A DNA stretch of 64,000 bases from an uncultured delta proteobacterium (GCA_963789395.1 CAWBKP010000012.1:224001-288000), one strand, 5' to 3'; positions 1-10,076 are shown, counted from the first letter of the stretch. Notes: generated by a model from the sequence alone, not told the origin. Program-made: numbers and translations.

Positions 1-230
1 GCGTGACGGGTCATCGTTGCGCTGAACCGGTGATCCAGCTGGATAAAACTATCCCGTCCGACCCGCTTTTCAATGCTGCGGAACTGGATCCGGGTGAATA
101 CGGCAAAAATCACGATCAGAAACAAGGCCAGAAATGCAGCGTCCATTTCCTGGAAATTGGGCTGATCCGGCGGGTAATACGTCGTGTATATCAGAAGGGC
201 GATGATCAGATAGATGAAATTTGCAAACAC
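1..230 (-). CDS. 5' part of a membrane protein, possibly an M48-family metallopeptidase (runs off the window)
   Basis: Not in the ORF track. A GTG at 230, 2 nt after the queH stop, opens MFANFIYLIIALLIYTTYYPPDQPNFQEMDAAFLALFLIVIFAVFTRIQF..., with two hydrophobic segments and no stop before the window edge. The M48 call is from recalled N-terminal similarity only. Confidence 0.6.
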   Translation of the reverse strand, partial: MFANFIYLIIALLIYTTYYPPDQPNFQEMDAAFLALFLIVIFAVFTRIQFRSIEKRVGRDSFIQLDHRFSATMTRH

Positions 231-232
231 GG

Positions 233-781
233 TCAATCTTTCCGGCGGTCAGGGGAGGAATAATAGCGCTCTTTTTCGCTGTAAATGCATCCGCAATACT
301 GCTGCCGATACAGGCCAAGGCGTTTGGATGTCTCGATGCCGTATTTCCAGCCGCTTCGAAAATCCCGGTAATAAAACAGAATACCGACCGTTTTTCCAAC
401 GGATTCACCGATCTGGCGGATCATTTCATGATTTTGGAATTTGCTGTATAACAGAGACGATGAAAACGCATCGAATTTTCCGTTCCTGGCCATCCTGGCC
501 GTGGTCGTCAACCGGTCATGATAACAGATTTCGCACCGGCTGGATTCGCGGAACGCAGCACGCTGCAGAAAACCTTCCAGATCGTATCCGTCCTGAAAGA
601 TGACCTTTAAATCAATCGATTCGGCAAAGGCGGCCAGCGTTTCCTGACGTCTGAGGCATTCGGTATAGGGATGGATATTGTGGCGGTAATAAAAACCCAT
701 CACCTCCACACCGTCTTTTCTCAAAGCTTCGATGGGATATAAGGCGCAGGGCGCGCAGCAGGTATGAAGCAGCAGCCTCAC
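233..781 (-). CDS. queH: Epoxyqueuosine reductase QueH (DUF208)
   Basis: LLLHTCCAPC N-terminal motif, RCEICY and YRQQYCGC C-terminal motif. Confidence 0.92.
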   Translation of the reverse strand: MRLLLHTCCAPCALYPIEALRKDGVEVMGFYYRHNIHPYTECLRRQETLAAFAESIDLKVIFQDGYDLEGFLQRAAFRESSRCEICYHDRLTTTARMARNGKFDAFSSSLLYSKFQNHEMIRQIGESVGKTVGILFYYRDFRSGWKYGIETSKRLGLYRQQYCGCIYSEKERYYSSPDRRKD

Positions 782-1491
782 TGACGATCTCCGAAAATCG
801 CCGTGCCGATTCGAACCAGGGTGGCCCCTTCTTCGATGGCCGCCTCAAAGTCGCCGGTCATTCCCATGGAAAGCTCCTTCAGTTGGATACCATCTATGCC
901 CAGTTGGTTCAGCGAATCCCGAAGTTTGCAAAGCTCCCTGAAGTACGGTCTAACGGTTTCGGGTTCGTCAAAATACGGCGGAACGGTCATCAACCCCTGC
1001 ACCGAAAGATTGGGAAAGTCGGCAAGGGCTCGTATCAGCGCCTCTGCCGATTCCGCGTCAATCCCGGATTTTGAGGCTTCTTTGCCGATATTGACCTGAA
1101 CCAGAATCTGTTGCACCTTTCCGATTTTCCGGGCTTCCCGATCCAGTTCCGTTGCCAGTCGAAGCGAGTCGACCGTGTGGATGAGATCAAAAAGCGTTAC
1201 GGCATATTTTGACTTGTTGGTTTGAAGATGGCCGATAAAATGCCAGGAAACCGGGTAGTGCGCCAGAGCCCCGCACTTTTCACGTGCTTCCTGAATGTAG
1301 TTTTCCCCGAAAATATCCGCCCCTGCTTGAATCGCCAGCAGAACGGTCTCGGCGCTCATGGTTTTGGTGACACTGACCAGGCGGACATCGCCGGGATTTC
1401 TGCCGCATCGGGCGCAGGTTTCCGCAATTCGCAGATGCACGGCTTTCAGATTCTGGTTGATATCAGGATTCAAACAGCCATTACTCTTCAT
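778..1491 (-). CDS. yggS: PLP homeostasis protein, YggS family
   Basis: VSVTKT, FGENYIQE, WHFIGHLQTNK, LSMGMTGD and VRIGTAIFG motifs. Confidence 0.95.
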   Translation of the reverse strand: MKSNGCLNPDINQNLKAVHLRIAETCARCGRNPGDVRLVSVTKTMSAETVLLAIQAGADIFGENYIQEAREKCGALAHYPVSWHFIGHLQTNKSKYAVTLFDLIHTVDSLRLATELDREARKIGKVQQILVQVNIGKEASKSGIDAESAEALIRALADFPNLSVQGLMTVPPYFDEPETVRPYFRELCKLRDSLNQLGIDGIQLKELSMGMTGDFEAAIEEGATLVRIGTAIFGDRQ

Positions 1492-2119
1492 TTTTCATGC
1501 GAAGCCCTTCCGAGCCGCGAACACCGGGCCGGAATTCAACAATCCCTTCCCGGACAAGGCTCTCCACGACCTCGCATACCGGAAGCCCCACCACATTGCT
1601 GTAAGACCCATAAATATGCTTGATCATGAAAGCGCCCAGACCCTGGGCCGCATACGCTCCGGCCTTGTCAAAGGGCTCGCTCGTGTGGACATACCACTCG
1701 ATTTCCTCCGGCGTCAAGGTCTTAAACCGGACATCGGTAGCTACGACTTCGTCATAGTGGCGGTTTTCCGCAAGACGGCACAGGGAAAATCCGGTCAGCA
1801 CCCGGTGCACCCTGCCGCTCAATGTCGTCAGCATGGAACGGGCTTCGGCTTTGGAAAAGGGTTTGCCGAGAATGGTGTCGTCAACCACCACAATGGTGTC
1901 TGCACCGATCACCCAGCTTTGGGGATATTGCTCCGATATCACCCCGGCTTTGGCTTCAGCCAGGATGCGAACAAAAACTTCAGGATTCGCCTCGGATAAA
2001 GCAGATTCATCAAAGCTGCTGGGGATGACTGTAAATTCCACGCCGGCCTGTTTCAGCAGATACCGCCGGCGTGGCGATTTGGACGCCAGAATGAGAAATG
2101 GATCATCTGTGGGGGTCAT
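1481..2119 (-). CDS. maf: Maf-family nucleoside triphosphate pyrophosphatase
   Basis: ILASKSPRR, IGADTIV, GKP, DKAGAY and SNVVGLP motifs; start placed at ATG 2119 (MTPTDDPFLIL). Confidence 0.92.
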   Translation of the reverse strand: MTPTDDPFLILASKSPRRRYLLKQAGVEFTVIPSSFDESALSEANPEVFVRILAEAKAGVISEQYPQSWVIGADTIVVVDDTILGKPFSKAEARSMLTTLSGRVHRVLTGFSLCRLAENRHYDEVVATDVRFKTLTPEEIEWYVHTSEPFDKAGAYAAQGLGAFMIKHIYGSYSNVVGLPVCEVVESLVREGIVEFRPGVRGSEGLRMKNEE

Positions 2120-2142
2120 GGAACCATCGATGCGGTCATTCT

Positions 2143-2583
2143 TTACAATTCCAGCTTCTTTCTGAGATTGATAAAATTGCTTCGGTCGAATCCGAGGGTT
2201 TTGAAAAAAGACAGCAAATCCGTCGAATCCCATCGGACCGTCGTATAGATGTCTTTAATACCCTGAAACTTGCAGTACTTGAATCCTTCTTCGGCCAGTC
2301 TTTCGCCGATCCGCTGCCCCATGAACCGGGGATGGACCCCCAACAGGGAAATCCATGCACTGCGTTTAATGCCGAAAAACCCGGAAAGAATGGAGATAAT
2401 CAGATATCCCACCACCTGGCCTTCCCGTTCCGCAACAAAGCTGGCATCTTCGGATCTTCCGGACTGATCCTCGATCATGCGTTTGAAATCATATTCTGTG
2501 GGCACATTGGTAATGGCTGCGCTGATCCGGTTGATGTCATCGGCATCTTCCGGCCTTAATCGTCTGATGATACAATTTTCCAC
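2143..2583 (-). CDS. GNAT-family N-acetyltransferase
   Basis: FVAEREGQVVGY and LGVHPRFMGQRIG acetyl-CoA motif A, FFKTLGF; GTG start at 2583 preceded by AGGAG. Confidence 0.85.
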   Translation of the reverse strand: MENCIIRRLRPEDADDINRISAAITNVPTEYDFKRMIEDQSGRSEDASFVAEREGQVVGYLIISILSGFFGIKRSAWISLLGVHPRFMGQRIGERLAEEGFKYCKFQGIKDIYTTVRWDSTDLLSFFKTLGFDRSNFINLRKKLEL

Positions 2584-2608
2584 TGAAGTCTCCTGTAAAA
2601 CGGAATTG

Positions 2609-2800
2609 TCAATCAATTCGAACGATTTTAACATGATGGCCGACCCAGTCTGGCGGCAGATACACCCTTCCGCTATTGCCGCTGGACTTGACTTCTTTTT
2701 CGAGCATTTCTTCACCGAAAATTTCAAACTTCACCTTGCTTCTGGCGGGTTCAGAAGGCGTTTCTTCGTTGTGTGAGCTGGTATCATTCGGCATTATCAA
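2609..2800 (-). CDS. DUF2080-family small protein
   Basis: FEIFGEEMLEKEVKSSGNSGRVYLPPDWVGHHVKIVRID fits the DUF2080 (GNSG-VY-P-W-G-V) pattern. Confidence 0.8.
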   Translation of the reverse strand: MIMPNDTSSHNEETPSEPARSKVKFEIFGEEMLEKEVKSSGNSGRVYLPPDWVGHHVKIVRID

Positions 2801-2916
2801 AACCTTTTATCGAATATTCATGTAGTTAGGCAGAAGTTAGAAAATTTCCATGGTATCCTCAACAGGAAACAGTGAATACGAACCATGAATCGAAATAGCA
2901 TGTTAAATATTCATCG

Positions 2917-3714
2917 TCAAGACGGAGCATACCCTTTGCGGCTCACCTCATCTTTCAGAAACTGAAAAACCTCTGCGCCGGTCAGGGAAGGCTTTTCAGA
3001 GCCGTTCAAAATCTCCAGGTACCCTTCCAGTTTGACGCGGTCGAAACTGCCGATGGCGGAGAGCACCGCAAAAAGCCGGTTGTGCATCAAATTATAACAG
3101 ACAAGGGGGCCGAACACACTTTCACCGGTATCTTTTTGGGAAACCGCCCCGATGATCCGGTGATGATCGGCCTTGAATGCTTTCGGAGCCGGCTGATAGC
3201 CAAGGAGCTCGGCAAACAGATCCAGACATTCCTGAACGCCGTCAGCATAACCATTTTCCAGTGATCCGGCGCCGTCAACGGCAATCGATTCAATATCACC
3301 CGGCGAGAACGACAGATCGAGTCGGGAAATACACGCATGCTGAACCGTTTTGACGGAATCCGCCTTTTTACTGACAACGACATCACCATCATTCAATATT
3401 TTTTTGATATTTCCGATATTGAGCATTTCCTTGACCGTGGGACTTTTTCGCATGGCAATATCGTCAACCGTGGTCTTGTAAAATGGCAGGTCGTTATCCA
3501 GAACCAGAATATGGGTATTCTCGGAACCTTCCGGGGGCAGATAAAGATCCAGATCCCGTTCCCTGTGATGACGATATCCCGCCAATTCAAGAAGCACCCG
3601 AAAAAGCCCCTTGTCAACCTTTTGCTCGCTGCCGGAAGGCCCGATGGTGGCAAGGATTTTTTGAGTCATCCGGTCAATCTGAATTTTATTCAGAAGTTCC
3701 TGTTTAAACCCCAT
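2917..3714 (-). CDS. Hypothetical protein (265 aa)
   Basis: Long ORF with an AAAGGGG RBS and protein-like composition; no recognisable motif. Confidence 0.75.
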   Translation of the reverse strand: MGFKQELLNKIQIDRMTQKILATIGPSGSEQKVDKGLFRVLLELAGYRHHRERDLDLYLPPEGSENTHILVLDNDLPFYKTTVDDIAMRKSPTVKEMLNIGNIKKILNDGDVVVSKKADSVKTVQHACISRLDLSFSPGDIESIAVDGAGSLENGYADGVQECLDLFAELLGYQPAPKAFKADHHRIIGAVSQKDTGESVFGPLVCYNLMHNRLFAVLSAIGSFDRVKLEGYLEILNGSEKPSLTGAEVFQFLKDEVSRKGYAPS

Positions 3715-3822
3715 GAGCGACCCCTTTCAAAACTAACACCGATAATATTTTCAGCATCGTAACGGTTTAAAACATTTTCGAATAACTTCTGCCTTCCGGC
3801 CTCTGTCGTCTGATGTCAGTCC

Positions 3823-4461
3823 CTATCCCTCATAAATGACTGCCAGAATGGTGGCTTTTCCGGTTTTGGCAGCAATCAGATGCGGGGTTGTGGACAGATA
3901 ATAGACGCTGTCCCCGACTTCCAGCTCAAAAGCATCGCTGCCGATTTTCAGGGACACCACCCCGTCCAGCACATAGATAAACTCTTCCCCTTCGTGAACG
4001 GACATATCCGCATCAGGATTGACTTCCAGTTGCACGATGAGGGATTCCATGTGACGGCCTTTGACTTCCGGCGCCAGGCTTTTGTATAAATAGACGGGCT
4101 TCTGGTCTCTATAGGATGTGGAACGGGAAACGGTTTTCTGTTCGTTTTTCCGTGTCACCGAATAAAGCTTGCTGCCGACCCCGGAAACGATTCTGCCAAA
4201 AGCGCTGTCCAATGCCTTGGACAGTTTAATGATGGTCCCGAGTTGCGGCTGAAACCGGTTGGCTTCAATATCGGAAAGCGCTTCCACTTCAAAGCCGGTC
4301 AGTTTGGAGAGCTCTTGCAGCGAAATGCCTTTTTCTTCCCGGATGGTTTTAATTCTGACGCCGATCTCTTCAACACTGAGCGATGCCGGCGCAGTGATAT
4401 CGCCGGTCAGGTCTTCAAAATAGTCCACGTTAATGTGTGGTTTTTGCACTGCTGTGTCCAT
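3823..4461 (-). CDS. XRE-family HTH transcriptional regulator with C-terminal cupin domain
   Basis: IKTIREEKGISLQELSKLTG HTH; HEGEEFIYVLDG...GDSVYYLSTTPH cupin; AAGGAG RBS. Confidence 0.9.
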   Translation of the reverse strand: MDTAVQKPHINVDYFEDLTGDITAPASLSVEEIGVRIKTIREEKGISLQELSKLTGFEVEALSDIEANRFQPQLGTIIKLSKALDSAFGRIVSGVGSKLYSVTRKNEQKTVSRSTSYRDQKPVYLYKSLAPEVKGRHMESLIVQLEVNPDADMSVHEGEEFIYVLDGVVSLKIGSDAFELEVGDSVYYLSTTPHLIAAKTGKATILAVIYEG

Positions 4462-4550
4462 ATTGATCTCCTTAATAAATGATTAGAATTATAGCGAATA
4501 TCAAATAAATTGCACTTAATAGAAAACCTGTTTTCGTCAATAATTCGGAA

Positions 4551-4600
4551 TTCGGATTTCGATATTCGAATTTTGCCTGAACGGTTTTTTCCGTTCAGGC
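4551..4600 (-). repeat. Composite intergenic repeat: GCCTGAACGG hairpin plus AAATCCG/AATATCG heptamer tract (copy 1)
   Basis: gcctgaacgg-tttttt-ccgttcaggc (4575-4600) is a perfect 10-bp stem containing the acyl-CoA dehydrogenase stop. It adjoins ttcggatttcgatattcgaatttt (4551-4574). A related copy sits at 18186-18251. Confidence 0.75.
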
Positions 4601-5751
4601 ACTGTATACCCCTATGTGCCTGGCAATCACCAGCCGCTGAATCTCGGAAGTGCCTTCGCCGATCTCAAGGAGCTTTTGGTCCCGGTAGAACCTTTCTACA
4701 TCAAATTCCTGCATCAGTCCATACCCGCCATGCAGCTGAACGGCATGATTGGCGCAGTTGTGCATGACTTCCGAACAATGGAGTTTGGCCATGGCCGCTT
4801 CCTTTGAAAACGGCATGTCGTTGTCCCGAAGCCAGCAGGCTTTATACAGCAGGAGCCGGGCGCATTCGATTTCAAGGGCCATATCCGCCATCTTGAATGC
4901 ATTCACCTGAAATGAGGCAATGGGTTTGCCAAACTGCTCCCGCTCCTTGCTGTATTTCAACGCCATGTCAAAGCATCCCTGTGCCCCGCCCAGCCCCATG
5001 GCCCCGATGGAAAGCCGTCCGCCATCCAGCGTTTTCATCATCTGGTGAAACCCGTGCCCCCGCTCTCCCAGAAGGTTTTCCCTGGGAACACGGCAGTCTT
5101 CAAAAAACAGGGAGCTTGTGTTGGATGCCCGCCACATCATTTTATCGTGCATTTCATGGGTTACAAACCCTTTTGTTCCGGATTCCACAAGAATGCAGGA
5201 AAGCTCCGGCTTACCATCACTTCGGGTCCCGGTTTTGCAAAGGACGGTAACCCCTGCGCTTACCCTGTAGAGGCATTGGTGATAAATATCTTGCTGCCGT
5301 TAATGACCCATTCATCCCCATCCAGAACGGCAGTGGTTTTGGAATTGGCCGCATCTGAGCCGGCATTGGCTTCGGTCAGCCCGAATCCCCACAGGGCTTC
5401 TCCGCTGCAGAGCTTGGGAAGATATTTATTCTTCTGGTCCTCGTTTCCAAAATAATACAGCGGGCCGATGCCCAGGGAATTTTCCGCCGCAATGGTCGCC
5501 GCGTGGGAGCCGTCCACCCGGGCGATTTCTTCGGTGGCAATGATATAAGACAGATAATCCATTCCCTGTCCGCCGTATTTCTCCGAAACAAACACGCCGA
5601 AAAGACCAAGTTCGGCCATTTTGCGCAGGGTGTCGTACGAAAATTCTTCTTTCTTATCCAGTTCCTTGGCAACCGGTTTAATTTCTTTCTCGGCAAATTT
5701 TCGCACCGAGTCCCTCAGGATCTCGTGATCAACGGAAAGGGTAAAATCCAT
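4595..5751 (-). CDS. Acyl-CoA dehydrogenase (short/branched-chain type), one frameshift near 5262
   Basis: FGLTEANAGSD, WVINGSKIFITN in ORF 5260-5751; REQFGKPI, QLHGGYG and IGEGTSEIQR in ORF 4595-5188. Confidence 0.9.
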
Positions 5752-5961
5752 ACCTTAGCTCCTTGTGATGATGAGAAAAAAATGATAAGAAAAAGGGACG
5801 AGCAGTTCGAGCAACTATTATCCCTTTTCTTTACATGCCAGAGTCAAATAAAGTCAATATTATTCACGCCGAACCGCATCCCTACAAGATCGTTTTATTG
5901 CACGTCTTTGCCCCGGAAGACATGCGCAAAACACAGATTTATCCACACAGGAGAAGCGATC

Positions 5962-7542
5962 ATGACCCAGGCAGGATTGTACGACTACGACTATATAGTG
6001 ATTGGCTCCGGCTTCGGTGGCAGTGTTTCTGCACTGCGACTATCGGAAAAAGGTTATAAGGTGGGTGTCCTTGAAAAAGGCAGGCGCTGGAACAAAGAGG
6101 ATTTCCCCAAGACCAACTGGAGCGTCCGAAAATATCTGTGGCTGCCGGCCTTCGGCTGCTACGGCTATCAGATGCTCACTCAACTCAAACATGTCCTGAT
6201 CCTCCACGGCGGCGGTGTCGGCGGAGGCAGTCTGGTCTATGCAAATCAACTGCTCGTTCCGCCGGACGAGGTTTTCGAACGCCCGGAATGGGGGATAAAT
6301 GATTGCAAAGCCAATCTGATGCCGCATTACGAAACAGCCAAGAAAATGCTCGGCGCCAACCCCAGCCCTCAGATCGGCATTGCCGACAAGTGCCTTCGGG
6401 AAGTCGGCATTGAATTGCGGGGAAAGGATACGTTCCACAAAAATGATGTGGGGATTTTTTTCGGAACACCCGACAAAACGGTGCCTGATCCCTACTTCGG
6501 CGGCAAAGGGCCGGAACGGACGGGATGCACTTTCTGCGGTTCTTGTATGATCGGCTGCCCGGTGGGCGCCAAAAATACGCTTGACAGAAACTACCTGTAT
6601 CTGGCGGAAGGGCTTGGAGCCTATGTCATTCCTGAAACCGAGGTGATCGGAGTCAAACCCTATGCAGGCGGATATGAAATCATCACCCGCAAATCCACTG
6701 GATCGCGTCAACCTGAAAAAACCTATCGCGCCGGCCGGGTGGTATTTAGCGGAGGCGTTATGGGTTCGGTTAAACTGCTGTTGAAATGCAGGCAGGAAGG
6801 ACTGCTACCAAACATTTCCAACCAGCTCGGCAATTATATCCGTACCAATTCCGAAGCGCTTCTGGGTGTGAAATCAAACGATAAAACAGTCGATTGGAAC
6901 GATCAGATTGCCATCACGTCCGGCATCTATGCCGACGACACAACCCATATTGAGATGGTGCGCTTGAACAAGGGATCCGATCTTCTGTTCGGTCTCTTGA
7001 CCCTGCTGACAGACGGGGGAGGAGGGATTCCGCGCGTATTTCGGTTTCTGGGCAATATTGTCAGTCATCCGATCAAGTTCGCAAAGCTCCTGTGGCCGTT
7101 TGAAAAGGCATCAACGACAACCGTCGTTCTGGTTATGCAGACCGACGAAAATCACCTCAAAATGGATTACAATCCCCGATGGTGGCGGCTGGGTCGACGC
7201 AGCATGAATACCAGGACGCCTTCCGGTCAAAATCGTTCTCCCTCCTACATCCCAATCGCCAATGAAGTAACCCGGCGCCTGGCAGTTAAAATGAAAGGAG
7301 AACCGTTAAGCTCGATTTCGGAGGCCGTCTTCAATACTTCCTCAACGGCGCACATTCTGGGAGGGTGCTGCATGGGGACTTCGGCCGATACCGGTGTGGT
7401 CGGAATCAATGGTGAGATCTTCGGGTACCCGAATCTCTTTGTGGCAGACGGTTCGGTGGTACCGGCCAATCTGGGTGTCAATCCCAGTCTGACCATAACC
7501 GCCCTTTCGGAATTCATCATGTCTCAGATACCTGCCAGTTAA
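5962..7542 (+). CDS. GMC-family FAD oxidoreductase, cholesterol oxidase (ChoD)-like
   Basis: VIGSGFGGSV Rossmann motif, GVGGGSLVYA, CTFCGSCMIGCP, AHILGGC, GVNPSLTITA; ATG 5962 after AGGAG. Confidence 0.88.
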   Translation: MTQAGLYDYDYIVIGSGFGGSVSALRLSEKGYKVGVLEKGRRWNKEDFPKTNWSVRKYLWLPAFGCYGYQMLTQLKHVLILHGGGVGGGSLVYANQLLVPPDEVFERPEWGINDCKANLMPHYETAKKMLGANPSPQIGIADKCLREVGIELRGKDTFHKNDVGIFFGTPDKTVPDPYFGGKGPERTGCTFCGSCMIGCPVGAKNTLDRNYLYLAEGLGAYVIPETEVIGVKPYAGGYEIITRKSTGSRQPEKTYRAGRVVFSGGVMGSVKLLLKCRQEGLLPNISNQLGNYIRTNSEALLGVKSNDKTVDWNDQIAITSGIYADDTTHIEMVRLNKGSDLLFGLLTLLTDGGGGIPRVFRFLGNIVSHPIKFAKLLWPFEKASTTTVVLVMQTDENHLKMDYNPRWWRLGRRSMNTRTPSGQNRSPSYIPIANEVTRRLAVKMKGEPLSSISEAVFNTSSTAHILGGCCMGTSADTGVVGINGEIFGYPNLFVADGSVVPANLGVNPSLTITALSEFIMSQIPAS

Positions 7543-7623
7543 GCCCAGGAACCCGGAGGAAAAACAGACATCGACATTTCTAATCCTGCACACTAATTTG
7601 AATCGACCGCCAGGAAAAAATAC

Positions 7624-9438
7624 ATGATTCCTCCCAAAGAATTTATCCGCAGAATCCGCCCCTTTTCTTTTTTGTCGGAACATGATCTCGACATCATCAT
7701 ATCCGCCTTGGATGTCGCATTGTTTGAAAAAGGGAGAATAATCCATAAAAAAGGACAGATCTCGGAATACGTTTACGTGATATTCTCCGGACTCGTTGGC
7801 CTCTTTGATGAAGAAGCGGCCGTCGATTACCTTTCGAGAGGTGAAATATTCGGCATTCTATCACTTTACGGCAATCCACTGAGTTCGACTGCCAGAGCAA
7901 TAGAAGATACGGTCTGCTATTTGGTGGCAACGCCGCAATTCAAGGAAATTTTTAATGCAAATGAAAGATTTGCATCGTTTTTCACCACATTCATCAACAG
8001 AAGATTCCGCTCTTTTAAAACCATCGCCTCCGATAAGAAGATCGCCGAGGAAGCCTCGTTCGTTCTGGAAGTTGAGAAGATAATTTATAAAAAGCCGGTT
8101 GTATGCGATGATAAATTGACGGTGGTTGGCGCAGCTTACGAGATGGACAGGCATGCGATCAGTTCGATTGTTGTTGTGGACGACATGACCCCGATCGGCA
8201 TCCTCACCCACAAAGATTTGAGTAAGGTCATCATTCACGGAGAGAAAACGGACCTGATCGCCAAATTCATGTCATCTCCTGTTAAGACTATTACCGAAAG
8301 GGCTACAATCTTTGACGCCTTTACAAAAATGATTGATGCCGGTATAGACCACCTGGTCGTGACGAAAGCAGGCAAAGTCTTTGGCATCGTAACCCGGAAA
8401 GACATCCAGATTCACCTTGAGCCGTCTTTTTCCATCGTCAAACTGTTCAGGAAGGTTCACCGGGCCACTTCCATCGACGAGTTGAAAATCGTCTGTGACG
8501 CGCTTCGGCTATCCATCTCCAAAATTGCAATGACCGGCCCGAATTTCTTCGAATTGACCAAGATGCTGTGCACGGTTCATGATGCGGTGGTAGCCAAGAC
8601 GATCGATATTCTCATTAAAGGACATTCCCGCGATGGGTTCGCCTGGATCCATATGGGCAGTTCCGGCAGAAAAGAAGAGATCATCGCGACCGATCAGGAT
8701 AATGCCCTGATTTACCGGGATGGCTATCCGGTGGCTTTTGCCGGCGCGGTTAACGAATCTCTTGCCAGGATCGGCTTTCCCAAATGCCCGGGAAATTTCA
8801 TGGCATCCAACGACAAGTGGAACCAGCCCCTGTCGGTTTGGAAAGACTACTTCAGGCAGTGGTTTTCGGACCCTGATTCGGATTCTATCCGATACCTTTC
8901 CGTGTTTCTGGACATGAGACCGGTTTATGGAGATACGTCATTGTATGATGAACTGCTGGAATCGATAAAACCGATGGTCACGCGCGAGGCCTTGACCCTG
9001 CTGGCTCAGGATGCGATCGAAATCAAACCGCCCCTTGGTGTTTTCGGGATACTGGGTTTGCATAAGGGGGTGGATCTAAAGACCCATGGCATATATCCGA
9101 TTGCAAACGGTGCAAGGGTGCTGGCTCTGGATATCGGCATCTGGGGGATCACCAGCACCAAGGAGAGGCTGGAATCCTTGAGCGCCAACATGACAATCAC
9201 CCATCAAATGTGCCAGGATTTGATTGAATCTTATGATTTTTTACAGGATTTAAGACTCAGACATCACGCACGCGTGGTATTGAATCAATCTCAGGCGAAT
9301 AATCTGGTAACGGGGAAAGAACTTTCAAAAATCGATTTGCTCATATTAAAGGAATCACTTAAGATCGTCTCCGAATTTCAGGAGTTGTTGAAGAAAAAAT
9401 ATGACGTTTCCCGCACTGTCATTTACAGCCAGCTATAA
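7624..9438 (+). CDS. cNMP-binding / CBS-pair / DUF294 putative nucleotidyltransferase
   Basis: N-terminal cNMP domain (YVIFSGLV...GEIFG), two CBS repeats, MGSSGRKE..TDQDN nucleotidyltransferase motif, CPGNFMASN, DLKTHG substrate-binding domain. Confidence 0.9.
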   Translation: MIPPKEFIRRIRPFSFLSEHDLDIIISALDVALFEKGRIIHKKGQISEYVYVIFSGLVGLFDEEAAVDYLSRGEIFGILSLYGNPLSSTARAIEDTVCYLVATPQFKEIFNANERFASFFTTFINRRFRSFKTIASDKKIAEEASFVLEVEKIIYKKPVVCDDKLTVVGAAYEMDRHAISSIVVVDDMTPIGILTHKDLSKVIIHGEKTDLIAKFMSSPVKTITERATIFDAFTKMIDAGIDHLVVTKAGKVFGIVTRKDIQIHLEPSFSIVKLFRKVHRATSIDELKIVCDALRLSISKIAMTGPNFFELTKMLCTVHDAVVAKTIDILIKGHSRDGFAWIHMGSSGRKEEIIATDQDNALIYRDGYPVAFAGAVNESLARIGFPKCPGNFMASNDKWNQPLSVWKDYFRQWFSDPDSDSIRYLSVFLDMRPVYGDTSLYDELLESIKPMVTREALTLLAQDAIEIKPPLGVFGILGLHKGVDLKTHGIYPIANGARVLALDIGIWGITSTKERLESLSANMTITHQMCQDLIESYDFLQDLRLRHHARVVLNQSQANNLVTGKELSKIDLLILKESLKIVSEFQELLKKKYDVSRTVIYSQL

Positions 9439-9456
9439 AATAATCGATACCCTGCC

Positions 9457-10065
9457 ATGCATATAGAAGATGCCAAATTTTGCGCCGTCGATATCGAGAC
9501 CACGGGATTGAATCCAAAAAAAGATGAAATGATAGCGTTGGCCTGCATGCCGATCATTCAATTGAGAATCCAGGTGCGCGATACATTCCAAACCCTTATC
9601 AAACCGAAGAAATACAACTTTAACGCAATGAAATACCACGGGATAAGTCAAGACAATCTTATGGAAGCCCCGGTGTTTGATGCGGTGGCAGATGAAATTC
9701 TCAATATACTTGACGGTGTACTGGTAGGTCATTCAGTCGAATTTGACGTTAGTTTTCTCAAAATGCACTTCAAGACAGTAGGTGTGAATTTTAGAAGGGA
9801 GTGCCTGGACATTGCCATGATCGAGAGATGGCTGAGGCAAAAGCGGGGAATTCCCGATATGGATTTGAGTTTTGATGCGATGATGCAGTGTTATGGCTTG
9901 AAATCATATTACCGGCATAACGCCGCCGCAGATGCTTTCTTTGCGGCCCAGATCTTTCAAATGCAGATGCGGCAGATGATGGCGCTTGGCGTTGATACCG
10001 TAGACAAGGTCATCAAAGCGGCAAGGAGTTGCGTGTACGATGGGTGCGACGTCGCCTTCTTGTGA
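9457..10065 (+). CDS. DEDDh 3'-5' exonuclease (PolC/DnaQ-like)
   Basis: VDIETTGL, LVGHSVEFD and RHNAAADA motifs. Confidence 0.9.
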   Translation: MHIEDAKFCAVDIETTGLNPKKDEMIALACMPIIQLRIQVRDTFQTLIKPKKYNFNAMKYHGISQDNLMEAPVFDAVADEILNILDGVLVGHSVEFDVSFLKMHFKTVGVNFRRECLDIAMIERWLRQKRGIPDMDLSFDAMMQCYGLKSYYRHNAAADAFFAAQIFQMQMRQMMALGVDTVDKVIKAARSCVYDGCDVAFL

Positions 10066-10076
10066 TTGGGTAATTT

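Noticed and set aside
3..263. Plus-strand 86-aa ORF at the window start
   Set aside because: The opposite strand carries a more plausible membrane-protein start that continues the yggS-queH operon.
2609..2800. IS element implied by the 'transposase-associated' DUF2080 label
   Set aside because: No transposase, TnpB, terminal repeats or target duplication nearby.
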